Source: Acidimicrobiales bacterium | Lineage (GTDB): Bacteria; Actinomycetota; Acidimicrobiia; Acidimicrobiales; Palsa-688 | Assembly (NCBI GenBank): GCA_035508795.1 | Contig: DATJMJ010000006.1 | Coordinates: forward strand, 793-64,792 | DNA length: 64,000 nt | Reading direction: 5' to 3' | Shown here: one piece after another, positions 45,132 through 54,800 of the stretch | Position numbering within the stretch: the stretch's first letter is position 1 | Layout: every line of letters begins with the position of its first letter | Made by a program: the position numbers and the translations under genes | The notes under the pieces: generated by a model | The model's input: only the letters and a program-made list of their open reading frames with translations | Told to the model about the DNA's origin: nothing | Databases searched by the model: none

Positions 45132-45704
45132 GTGACTCCCCGTCGCGACCCGAGGATATTCGTGGTGTTCGCCCCGGGCGGCGTCGGCAAGACGACTCTC
45201 GTCGACCAGCTGCTCAAGCTCCGTGACGGGCTTTGGCTGTCGCGGTCGTGGACAACGAGGCAGCGACGGCCTGGTGAAGCCGAGGCTGCCTATGTGTTCG
45301 TCAGCCGGGACGAGTTCCTCGCCAGGGTCGCCGATGGCGGCTTCCTCGAGTGGACCGAGTTCGCAGGGACTGGCCAGCTGTACGGCACGCCGGTGCTCCA
45401 CGCGCCGCCGGCTCACGACATAGTCCTCGAGATCGAGGTCGATGGTGCGCGCCAGGTCAAAGCTCGCCACCCGGCAGCGGTGCTGGTGCTCATCACCGCT
45501 CCCTCGCGCGACGTCCAGGAACAGCGGTTGCGCGCTCGCGGCGACCCCGAGGCAAGCGTGCAGCGCCGGCTGGCCATCGGCGTCGAGGAGGAGCGCGTCG
45601 GGAGGCAGATCGCCGACCACGTCGTGGTGAACGACGACCTCGGCCGGGCTTCGGAGGAGCTGGCCGGTATTGTGGACCATTACCGCCAGGCGAACGGCAG
45701 CTGA
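45132..45704 (+). CDS. gmk: Guanylate kinase
   Basis: VFAPGGVGKTTLVDQL P-loop, SRSWTTRQRRPGE, YVFVSRDEF, GFLEWTEFAG..YGT. Confidence 0.9.
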   Translation: MTPRRDPRIFVVFAPGGVGKTTLVDQLLKLRDGLWLSRSWTTRQRRPGEAEAAYVFVSRDEFLARVADGGFLEWTEFAGTGQLYGTPVLHAPPAHDIVLEIEVDGARQVKARHPAAVLVLITAPSRDVQEQRLRARGDPEASVQRRLAIGVEEERVGRQIADHVVVNDDLGRASEELAGIVDHYRQANGS

Positions 45705-45759
45705 GCGCCGGGCGACGGGATCTGAGCGAATCTGAGCGAAGAGGAGAAGGCGACCACCC

Positions 45760-46053
45760 ATGGCAGAGCGACGGGCCACGATGATGGACCCACCGATCGA
45801 AAACCTCCTGGAGAAGGTGGACTCCAAGTACACGCTGGTGAGCCTGTCCGCCAAACGCGGCCGCGAGGTCAACTCCTATTTCAACCAGCTCGGGGAGGGC
45901 CTCGGGTCGATCGTGCCGCCGCAGGTCACTTCGATTTCCCGCAAGCCGCTGTCGATAGCCCTCGACGAGATCTCGGCGGGCAAGATCACCTATCACCGCG
46001 TCGACCCCGACCCTGAAGAAGCGGCCGAGGAAGCCGGCGACGAGCAAGTCTGA
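45760..46053 (+). CDS. rpoZ: DNA-directed RNA polymerase subunit omega
   Basis: IENLLEKVDSKYTLVSLSAKRGREVNSY is the conserved omega core. Located between gmk and metK. Confidence 0.9.
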   Translation: MAERRATMMDPPIENLLEKVDSKYTLVSLSAKRGREVNSYFNQLGEGLGSIVPPQVTSISRKPLSIALDEISAGKITYHRVDPDPEEAAEEAGDEQV

Positions 46054-46129
46054 CCCACGGCTGCTGCCGGGGGGCGCCGAGCCGGCCTCGGCTCCGGCGT
46101 AAGCATGGACCACTAGCCAGGAGGCGCCT

Positions 46130-47323
46130 GTGAGACGCTGGGTGTTCACGTCCGAATCCGTGACGGAAGGCCACCCCGACAAGATGGCCGACCAGATTTC
46201 GGACGCCATCCTCGATGCCATCATCGAGCAGGACCCCCGTGCCCGTGTGGCATGCGAGACGCTCCTCACGACCGGCCTGGTGGTGGTGGCCGGCGAGATC
46301 ACCACCGAGGCCTACGTGGAGATCCCCCAGATCGTGCGGGGGGTCGTCTCTACGATCGGCTACACGAGCTCCGAGATGGGCTTCGACGGCTTGACCTGCG
46401 GCGTCGCCGTTTCCATCGGCCAGCAGTCGGCGGACATCGCGATGGGAGTCGACACCGCCTACGAGGTCCGCCACGGCGAGAGCGGCGAGGACGCCTTGTT
46501 CAGCCAGGGCGCAGGGGACCAGGGGATGATGTTCGGCTATGCCTGCGACGAAACCGAAGACCTCATGCCGGTGCCCATCTGGCTGGCGCACCGCCTCGCC
46601 CAGCGCTTGGCCCAGGTACGCAAGGCCGGCGTCCTTCCCTACCTGCGCCCAGACGGCAAGACCCAGGTCACCTTCGAGTACGAAGACGGCAAGCCGGTAA
46701 GGCTCAAGACGGTGGTGATCTCGGCCCAGCACCGCCCGGGGATCGACCTCGAGACGCTCCTCAAGCCCGACCTGCGGGACCATGTCGTCGGGCCGATCGT
46801 GCCCGTCCAGTACGGCGACGACCGCTTCGAGATCCTCTGCAACCCGACGGGCCTGTTCGAGCACGGGGGCCCGAGCGCCGACGCCGGCCTTACCGGGCGC
46901 AAGATAATCGTCGACACCTACGGCGGGGCCGCCCGCCACGGGGGCGGGGCGTTCTCGGGCAAGGACCCCTCCAAAGTCGACCGTTCGGGCGCGTACGCCG
47001 CCCGCTGGGTCGCCAAGCACGTAGTTGCCTCCGGGGCTGCCAGCCGCTGCGAGGTGCAGATCGCCTACGCGATCGGGGTCGCCCGCCCGGTTTCTCTCAT
47101 GGTCGAGCTGTTCGGCACGGAGCAGGTTGACCCTGCAAAGGTCTCCCACGCCGTCGGGGAGGTCTTCGACCTGCGGCCGGCAGCCATCATCCGCGACCTC
47201 GACCTGCGCCGCCCGATCTACCAGCGCACGGCTACTTACGGCCACTTCGGCCGGGCGGACAAGGAGCTCACCTGGGAGGTGACCAGCCGCCTGCCCCAGT
47301 TCAAGGAGGCGCTCGGCCTTTAG
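46130..47323 (+). CDS. metK: S-adenosylmethionine synthetase
   Basis: [53 protein letters not shown]. Confidence 0.97.
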   Translation: MRRWVFTSESVTEGHPDKMADQISDAILDAIIEQDPRARVACETLLTTGLVVVAGEITTEAYVEIPQIVRGVVSTIGYTSSEMGFDGLTCGVAVSIGQQSADIAMGVDTAYEVRHGESGEDALFSQGAGDQGMMFGYACDETEDLMPVPIWLAHRLAQRLAQVRKAGVLPYLRPDGKTQVTFEYEDGKPVRLKTVVISAQHRPGIDLETLLKPDLRDHVVGPIVPVQYGDDRFEILCNPTGLFEHGGPSADAGLTGRKIIVDTYGGAARHGGGAFSGKDPSKVDRSGAYAARWVAKHVVASGAASRCEVQIAYAIGVARPVSLMVELFGTEQVDPAKVSHAVGEVFDLRPAAIIRDLDLRRPIYQRTATYGHFGRADKELTWEVTSRLPQFKEALGL

Positions 47324-47327
47324 AAAG

Positions 47328-49109
47328 TTGGCCGACGGTCCCGGGGCGCCGGTCGCCCGTGTCATCCCCGACGTGGCAGGGATCGACCGCGAGTTCGACT
47401 ACCTGGTGCCGGCTTCGCTCGCCGGCGAGGTGGGCAAGGGTTCGGTCGTCAGGGTGCCGCTCCACGGCCGCAAGGTCCGCGGCTGGGTCAGCGAGTTCCC
47501 GGTTGTCTCCCAGCCGGGCCTCGACCTCCTCCCGCTCGAACGCCTAGCCGCCAAAGGCCCCACCCCCGACCTGGTCGACCTGGCCGGGTGGGCTGCTTGG
47601 CGCTGGGCGGGCCGCCGGCGGTCCCTTCTCGTGACCGCCTCGGCCCCGACGCTGGTCAAGGCGCTGGAGCCACCGTCGCGGCGTACGCCGGCGAGACCTG
47701 CGGGCGGGCGCACCACCAGCGGCGGGGCTGCCGAAACCGTCTTGCGCGGCGCCGGGCCGGGGACACGCCTCGTCCGGGTCGGGCCGGCGACCCCGATGAC
47801 CCAGCTGGTCCTGGCGGCGGCCGAGCGAGGCCCGGCGCTCGTCATCGCTCCTACCAGGCAACGTGCCGAGTCGGGCAGCTCGGCCCTTCGCCGCCAGGGA
47901 ATGAGCGTGGCGCTCCTGCCCGAGGAGTGGGCACGAGCACGTTCGGGCGTGGACGTCGTCATAGGGGCCCGCGGGGCTGCCTGGGGGCCCTGCGCCGACG
48001 TCGCCTCCATCGTCGTGCTCGACGCTCACGACGAGGGCCTCGTCCAGGAGCAGGCTCCCACCTGGGACGCACCTACCGTGGCCGCCCAGCGCGCCCGCCT
48101 CTTGCAGCTGCCCTGCTTCTGGGTGAGCGCCTGCCCGACGCTGGAGCTGGTCCACGCAGCCGACGAGGTCGTGGCCGCCGGCCCCTCTGCCGAACGAGAG
48201 GGCTGGGCGCCCCTGCTGGTGGCCGACCGCCGTGGGGAGGACCCCAGGCTCGGCCTGTACTCCGAGATGCTCGTCCAGGCCGCCCGGCGGGAGGCTAAGC
48301 GCGTCGTCTGCGTGCTCAACCGCAAGGGCCGGGCCGTCCTGGTCGACTGCCGGGCATGCGGCGAACTGGCCACCTGCGAGGCCTGCGGCGCAGCGTTGAC
48401 AATGGCCGGGGACCGGCTCGTTTGCCCGCGTTGCCACTTGGCCAGGCCACTTGTCTGCGGTTCGTGCGCTTCTGACGCCCTCCGGTTGGCCCGCCCGGGT
48501 GTGAGCAGGGCACGCGAGGAGCTCGAGGCGCTGACCGGCAAGCCGGCGGCGGAGCTGACGTCGGGGAGAGACCCGCTCCCCGACGGCCCGGTCCTCGTTG
48601 GCACCGAGGCAGTCCTTTACCGGGACGCAGAGCTGGCGCGTGGCGGGGGAGTCGGCCTTGTTGCGTTCCTCGACTTCGACCAGGAGCTGCTCGCCCCGAG
48701 GTACCGGGCGGGGGAGGAGGCCCTGGCCTTGCTGGCCCGCGCATCGCGCCTCGTCGGCGGCCGCCGCAAAGGCGGGAGGGTGCTGGTGCAAACCCGCCTG
48801 CCCGGCCACCCTGTGGTCGCAGCCGCCCAGCGAGCCGAACCTGGCTGGCTGAACGCCTCCGAGGAGCCCGTCCGCAAGGCGTTGCGGTTCCCCCCGTTCT
48901 CGGCGCTGGCGCTGCTGTCCGGTCCCGGCTCGAGCGAACTTGCCGGTGCCCTAAGCGCGCTCGTCCCGAGCACGCTCGAGGTCGAGCCGCTGGCCGACCA
49001 GCGCTGGGTCGTACGCGCCGGCGACCACACCGAGCTTGCGGACGCCCTCGCCCTTGCAGGCCGGCCCTCGGAGCGTGTCCGGGTTGAGGTAGGCCCGGTG
49101 CGCTTCTAG
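47328..49109 (+). CDS. priA: Primosomal protein N' (PriA) homolog, helicase motifs degenerate
   Basis: N-terminal 3'-DNA-binding-like VARVIPDVAGIDREFDYLVP...VRVPLHGRKVRGWV, and the Cys-rich zinc region CRACGELATCEACGAALT...CPRCH...CGSC. No GxGKT/S Walker A was found by eye. Confidence 0.8.
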   Translation: MADGPGAPVARVIPDVAGIDREFDYLVPASLAGEVGKGSVVRVPLHGRKVRGWVSEFPVVSQPGLDLLPLERLAAKGPTPDLVDLAGWAAWRWAGRRRSLLVTASAPTLVKALEPPSRRTPARPAGGRTTSGGAAETVLRGAGPGTRLVRVGPATPMTQLVLAAAERGPALVIAPTRQRAESGSSALRRQGMSVALLPEEWARARSGVDVVIGARGAAWGPCADVASIVVLDAHDEGLVQEQAPTWDAPTVAAQRARLLQLPCFWVSACPTLELVHAADEVVAAGPSAEREGWAPLLVADRRGEDPRLGLYSEMLVQAARREAKRVVCVLNRKGRAVLVDCRACGELATCEACGAALTMAGDRLVCPRCHLARPLVCGSCASDALRLARPGVSRAREELEALTGKPAAELTSGRDPLPDGPVLVGTEAVLYRDAELARGGGVGLVAFLDFDQELLAPRYRAGEEALALLARASRLVGGRRKGGRVLVQTRLPGHPVVAAAQRAEPGWLNASEEPVRKALRFPPFSALALLSGPGSSELAGALSALVPSTLEVEPLADQRWVVRAGDHTELADALALAGRPSERVRVEVGPVRF

Positions 49110-49116
49110 CTGCCGC

Positions 49117-49494
49117 TCAGGCGTCCGCCACCCGGCAGGGGATGTCGGCGTCCTCGTCAAGGTGGTGGCTGGCGCATATGCGGTGGTAGCCGTCGGCGAC
49201 GGTAAGAGGCAGCCCGGCCTTCAAGTCGCCCCGCACTAGCAGCACAGGCGAAAGCCGCTGGCCTTTGCGCACCTTTTCGAGGTCCTTCGCGACATGGACG
49301 TTGTTGTCCGCCAGCGGCGGGAGCCTGCTCGCCCGGAGCAGGTCCTTGGCCTTGCGCAAGATGAGCCTGGACTTTTTGAGCTCCTCGACCAGCCGGGTTG
49401 CAGACGCCTCGTCCGTCACGAGCGTGAGGTAGTCGTGGGCTGCGGGGTAGTCGTGCTCGTCGGGGTCGACCTTCCAATGTTCCTTCTCGGTCAT
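49117..49494 (-). CDS. Small ParB/Srx-fold-like protein (hypothetical)
   Basis: 125 aa. RLSPVLLVRGDLKAGLPLTVADGYHRICASH resembles the ParB N-terminal/sulfiredoxin 'DGxHR' core. Only the last 125 codons of track ORF 49117-50241 are used. Confidence 0.5.
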   Translation of the reverse strand: MTEKEHWKVDPDEHDYPAAHDYLTLVTDEASATRLVEELKKSRLILRKAKDLLRASRLPPLADNNVHVAKDLEKVRKGQRLSPVLLVRGDLKAGLPLTVADGYHRICASHHLDEDADIPCRVADA

Positions 49495-49532
49495 CGCGAC
49501 TGACGCTAATCCTGCCGGGGCAGCGGCGGCCC

Positions 49533-50348
49533 CTATTGGGCCGAGCGGAGGGCGGGGTGGGGGAGCACCGGCCCCGAGAGCTCGCGCGCCTCGAGGTAGG
49601 TGCGGAGCCGCACGAACACCTCCGGGCCGATGAGCGCCGCGAGCTCTGAGCTCATGTGCTTCCACACCGGTGCCGCGCCCGTGAAGGCTTCGGGCGCCTC
49701 GGTGCACCACCAGGCGAATTCGCTGCCGCCCGGGCCCCAGTGGACGCGGTCCCACTCGCTCACAGTCGAGGTGACCGAGCCGTCGGCGTTGGAAACGTCC
49801 TCGCGGCGCAGCGGTAGTTGCCAGCAGACGTCGGGCTTCAGCTCCATGGGCTCGAGGCCCCGTTCGAGCGCCGCGCGGTGAAGGGCGCACCCGGCGCCTC
49901 CTTCGAAACCCGGCCGGTTGAGGAAAATGCAAGCCCCGTCGACGATCCTCGTCACCGCGGCCGCACCCGGCCTGCGCCGGGCCACGCCTCCATGGCTCGC
50001 ACGGTCGGCTAGCTGCCACTGCTGGGGCGTAAGCGTCCGTGCTGCCGCTTTGACGCGCTCGAGGTCCTCGTCGTCTGTGAAATGAGCGCCGTACGAGCAG
50101 CACCCCTGCTCGAGCTCTGGGGCAAGCCCGGTCAGCACCCCCTGGCACCCTTGCCCAAAAATGCAATGCCAGTTGGACAAAAGGAACGTTACGTCGAAAC
50201 GCCACGTGCGCTGTTCCTCCGCATCCTCGAAACTCACCCATTCGTGCGCGTCTTCGGGTACGAGTTTCCAGCGCTTGCGCGGGGCGGCTACGGGCGTTGC
50301 GGAGCCAGCCGCCGCCAGCGCGCTTTTGGCCCTTTTTTTGCGTGTCAT
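49533..50348 (-). CDS. Conserved Cys-rich hypothetical protein
   Basis: Contains NWHCIFGQGCQGV...GCCSYGAHF...GACIFLN...AGCALH...DVCWQLP, a pattern of 8+ Cys suggesting a metal/FeS-binding fold. ATGA overlap with the upstream M20 peptidase gene. Confidence 0.6.
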   Translation of the reverse strand: MTRKKRAKSALAAAGSATPVAAPRKRWKLVPEDAHEWVSFEDAEEQRTWRFDVTFLLSNWHCIFGQGCQGVLTGLAPELEQGCCSYGAHFTDDEDLERVKAAARTLTPQQWQLADRASHGGVARRRPGAAAVTRIVDGACIFLNRPGFEGGAGCALHRAALERGLEPMELKPDVCWQLPLRREDVSNADGSVTSTVSEWDRVHWGPGGSEFAWWCTEAPEAFTGAAPVWKHMSSELAALIGPEVFVRLRTYLEARELSGPVLPHPALRSAQ

Positions 50349-51760
50349 CGCCCGCCCTCCAGGGAACCGAGGCCGACCAAGAGCTCGCCGGCTGCCAATA
50401 TCCCCCGCCACAACTGGGGAAGTTCGAGGTGTTCGTTCGGGGCGTGAAAGCTGTCCGTCGGGAGCGCTACGCCGAGGAAAATTACCGGCGCTCCGAGCAC
50501 GCGGCCCAAGCTTTCCTCCGGGCCGCTACCGCCGCTCCGTGTGAAAAGCGGGGCCTTGCCCCAGACACGCTCGATCGACTCTGACACGGCCCTGACCGCC
50601 GGGTGGTCTGAACTTGTCCAGAGCGGGGAAACCGCACCGTGCCTGGTAACGGTCACCTGCACCCCGTCAGGGATGCGGGCGGAGACCCATTGCCTGAACG
50701 ACGCTTCTATGTCTTCGGGGCGCTGGTCGGGCACGAGGCGCAATGCCACCTTGAAATCGGCCGCAGCAGGCACGATCGTCTTTATGCCCGGGCCGGCGTA
50801 CCCCGAGTGGATGCCGACGACCTCGGCGGTGGGACGGGTGCCCGTGCGCTCGTAAGCTGTACGGCCCTCTTCGCCGACAAGAAAACTGACGCCTGCCTGC
50901 TGGCGAAATTCGGCCTCGTCAAACGGGACGGCGGCCAGCGAGCCAGCCTCTTCGGCCGTCAACTCGCGCACGTTGTCGTAAAAACGCGGCAGGGTGACGC
51001 GGTGCCGTTCGTCGTGGAGCGAAGCCACCAGTTGCGAGGCCAACAGGGCGGCGTTCGGTACCGTGCCTCCCCAAAGGCCGCTGTGGAGGTCCGACTTTGC
51101 CGAGCGGAGCGTTACGTCGAAGGCCACGAGGCCGCGCATCGAAAGCGTTGTCGATGGGATCTCGGCAGCGACCATCCCGGTGTCGGAGACGACGATGATG
51201 TCGCATTCGAAACGTTCTCGCTCGGCCTGCAGCAGGTCTTCGAGATGAGGGCTCCCAACTTCTTCTTCGCCCTCAATGAGGAACTTCAAGTTGACGGGTA
51301 GCCCGCCCCGTTCTTCGAGCACCCCACGAGCCGCCTCCACCTGCATGAGCATTTGGCCCTTGTCGTCGCTGCAACCGCGGGCGTACACGATGCCGTCCGA
51401 AACGACGGGCTCGAACGGTGGTGACGTCCATTCCTCGAGAGGGTCGACGGGCTGAACGTCGTGGTGCCCGTATACGAGCACGGTCGGGGCGTCCTCCCCG
51501 GCGCCGAGCAGTTCGCCATAAACCGCCGGCGCACCGCCGCCGTCCCCACCGGCCCCGCCGGGCGCCCCCGCCTGGAGCACCTCGACCGACCCGAAACCGG
51601 CTTGCTGCAACAAATCGGCGCAAAAACCCGCAGAGGCCGCGACATCTCCCGCTCGCGCCGGGTCGGCAGAAATCGAGGGTATGCGTAGCCAGTCGAGCAA
51701 GGAACGCAGCGCGCGGTCCTTCGACCGGTCCAAGTAGCGGGTCAAAAGCGGTTCGTCCAC
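50345..51760 (-). CDS. M20-family dipeptidase / peptidase
   Basis: LLDWLRIPSISADP, VLVYGHHDVQPVDP, ARGCSDDKGQ and FLIEGEEEVGS are canonical M20 metal-ligand motifs. Confidence 0.85.
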   Translation of the reverse strand: MDEPLLTRYLDRSKDRALRSLLDWLRIPSISADPARAGDVAASAGFCADLLQQAGFGSVEVLQAGAPGGAGGDGGGAPAVYGELLGAGEDAPTVLVYGHHDVQPVDPLEEWTSPPFEPVVSDGIVYARGCSDDKGQMLMQVEAARGVLEERGGLPVNLKFLIEGEEEVGSPHLEDLLQAERERFECDIIVVSDTGMVAAEIPSTTLSMRGLVAFDVTLRSAKSDLHSGLWGGTVPNAALLASQLVASLHDERHRVTLPRFYDNVRELTAEEAGSLAAVPFDEAEFRQQAGVSFLVGEEGRTAYERTGTRPTAEVVGIHSGYAGPGIKTIVPAAADFKVALRLVPDQRPEDIEASFRQWVSARIPDGVQVTVTRHGAVSPLWTSSDHPAVRAVSESIERVWGKAPLFTRSGGSGPEESLGRVLGAPVIFLGVALPTDSFHAPNEHLELPQLWRGILAAGELLVGLGSLEGGR

Positions 51761-51834
51761 GCCATGACCCTATAGCTTCCGAGGCCACCGCAGCATCCCT
51801 GTGAGCCGCGAGGCGCTCACCTATACTCCCGTGT

Positions 51835-54800
51835 TTGGTGAAAGCGAATGGGCGAGTTCGCCTAGCCGTAGGCGGCCTTTTGTGCGTGGGGCTTGCGGTG
51901 GCGATGTTGTCCGCGGGCGCAGGTACCGGCGGAGCTGCGGGGACCACCCGCTCCGGTGCGCGCGCTCGACTGGCGCCAACACGCCAGGACATGGGCATTG
52001 GCACGGGTGCGAGCGCCAGTGTGCGCGTCCCTGCGCTTGCCGTCCGGCCGCCCGCGGGCGCCGCCTACCTCGGCGAGGCCGAGCCGTCGACGGCACTCGA
52101 TGTCGAGGTTGTGCTGGCGCCGCGCGACGAAGGGCAACTGGCCCGGCTCGTCTCTGCTGTCTCGAGCCCAAGTTCGCCGAGTTACCATCACTTTTTGACC
52201 GAAAGGGAGTTTGAGTCGAGGTTCGCACCATCGCCCGCCACCGTTCGCGCCGCCGAGTCGTGGCTAGGGGCCGAGGGCTTGGACGTCTCGCGGCCGACCC
52301 CGTTCGCCGTGCGGGGCAGCGGGACGGTAGGCCAAATTTCGGCTGCGTTCGGCGTTCGTTTCGGCAGGTACTCGGGGCACGGCGGCGCAACGTCCGGGCT
52401 GGTAGCCGCCGGCAGCCCGCAACTACCGGCGCAACTGTCCGGGGGGCTGGTGACCGGGGTGATCGGCCTCGACACCCTCGCCAAACCTTTTGCTTCCTTG
52501 TCGAGACCTCTCAGGCTGCGAGCCGGGCGCGAGGCTTCGGGCACGAGCGCCGGCGTGGCGCCCAAAACCGGCGCTGCGGCCTCGGGAGCCCCCCACCCCG
52601 CCATCTCGCAACCGGCCGTTTCGCAACCGGCCGTCTCGGAGCCCGTCGCTTGCGCGCCGGCTGCCACCACGGCGAGCGGCGACGACAGCTACACGGCCGA
52701 CGAGGTGGCGGAGCATTACCAGTTGGCCGCCCTCGAAGGCGATGGGCAGGACGGTGCAGGCGTCACGATCGCCCTTCCCGAAGTCAACGCCAGTTCGTCT
52801 TCGGACATCAGCGCCTACCAATCGTGCTTCGGCCTCACCAACCCTGTCTCGGTAGTAAATGTGGACGGAGGGCCGACACAGCCGGTGAGCCTCGGCGAAG
52901 CCGACATCGACATCGAAATGGCGGCGACCGCGGCTCCCGGTGCCTCCATTTCGGCCTATGAGGCTCCCGACAGCGACCAGGGCCTCCTCGATGCCGTTGG
53001 CCAGATCGTCGGTTCGGGCACCGCCGAAGTCATCTCGATGAGCATCGGGCAATGCGAATCGGACACGAATTTCGTGGACGGCATGCACACTTACCTGATG
53101 GAAGCGGCGGCGCGCGGTGAGTCCGTACTGGCCTCGGTGGGGGACACGGGGTCCGAGGGTTGTTTCAGCTACGACGCCTCTCACAACCCGTCCAACTCGG
53201 GCGACTCGCTCCGCGTCCTGTCGCCTGCCTCCGACCCATTGGTCACGTCGGTAGGTGGGACCGTGCTCAGCGACGGCACCGACCTCGCCTGGAACGACTG
53301 CCTCTCCCAGTCAAACCCGCCCAGTTGCGCAGACGCGCTCTACCCGGGCGGGGCCACCGGCGGGGGAGCCTCCCAGGTGTACTCCTCCGGCCCGAGCGGC
53401 CAACCGGCTGTCGACGGCTCGGGAGGTGCCCGGGAGGTCCCCGACGTTGCAGCAGAGGCCGGCAGCAACTACGGCGACGACGTAGTGATGTACAGCAGCG
53501 GGAGCTGGGCGCCGTGGCTCGGCACCAGCCTGGCGGCCCCACTCTGGGCCGGGCTCGTCGCCGACAGGGACAGCTCGTGCACTTCCGGCACGGGCGATTT
53601 CGACCCTGAGCTCTACTCGCTCTACGCCGGCTATTACACCGACGCTTTCACTGCCGTCCCCGACGCCTTCAACCCTCCGGGCGGAGCCCCGGTCCCGGGC
53701 AACAACGACTTCACGGGGGACCACGGCGGCGACTACCCGACGGCGTCCAGCTACGACCTCGACACGGGCATCGGCACGCCGGTGGCGACCGGTCTCGGCT
53801 GTAGCCAGGTCGTCGGCTCCTACAGCGGCCAAGCAGGCGGCTTGCTTACGCTCGAGGGCCTGGGGCTCGAAAACGCCGCCATTGCGTTCGGCTCTGCGGC
53901 TGCCGAGGTCTTGACGGCGTCGGCGACATCGGTGGACGTGCAGGTACCCTCCGGCAGCGGGACGGTCACCATCGTCGCCCACGGGCCGCTCGGGGAAAGC
54001 ACGCGAACCGGCACTTTTTCCTACCCCGGTGGCGGGGCGGGGGCCGGTGGCGGCGGGTCGTTCCCTGTCCTGGCGCCGACAACGACAACCGTCCCCCCGA
54101 CGGCGACGACGGCACCCGTCGTGCTCCCGGCGCCCCCCGCTCCTCCGACGACTGTCGGTACTAGGGCCAAGACGAGCCCGCGGCTCGGTTACTGGATGGT
54201 GGGCAGCGACGGGGGAGTGTTCGGCTTCGGGAGGGCGGGCTATTTCGGTTCGCTCGTCTCGCTCAAGGTACGCGCCCTCGACATCGTCGCCATCGCCCCT
54301 GGCCCGGGAGGTGCCGGCTACTGGCTCGCAGAGAAAAACGGCAACGTCTACCACTTTGGCCGCGCAGGCAATTTCGAGACCATGGCGGGCCACCCTCTCC
54401 ACGTCGACGACATCGCGGCCATCGCCCCGATGCCTGACGGCAGTGGCTACTGGCTCGCCGGCTCGAACGGCGCCGTCTACGCCTTCGGGTCGGCTCGCTC
54501 CTACGGCTCCGTCCCCCGTGCCTCGCTCGGCGCGGCACGGGTGGTGGGCTTCGCCGCCTCACCGGACGGGCACGGCTACTGGCTGGCGGGGTCGGGCGGC
54601 CAGGTTTGGCATTTTGGGGACGCTCCCGACCTGGGGTCCCTGCGGGCAAGTGCCCTCGAGTCGGGGACCCGCAAGACCACCATCGTGGCGATCGCCGCCG
54701 GCCCCGCCTCCCCGGCCCCCATCGCCTCTCCTACCCCTGCCGCCAGAGCTGCTCGAGCCTCATCCGGGTTCTGGCTCGTGGCTCGCAACGGGCTGATCTT

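Noticed and set aside
49495-50241. The upstream 249 codons of track ORF 49117-50241(-).
   Set aside because: - This is an Arg/Gly/Pro-rich translation with no motifs.
- It overlaps the better-supported Cys-rich protein gene (49533-50348) in another frame.
- Only the final 125 codons, from MTEKEHW, look genuine.
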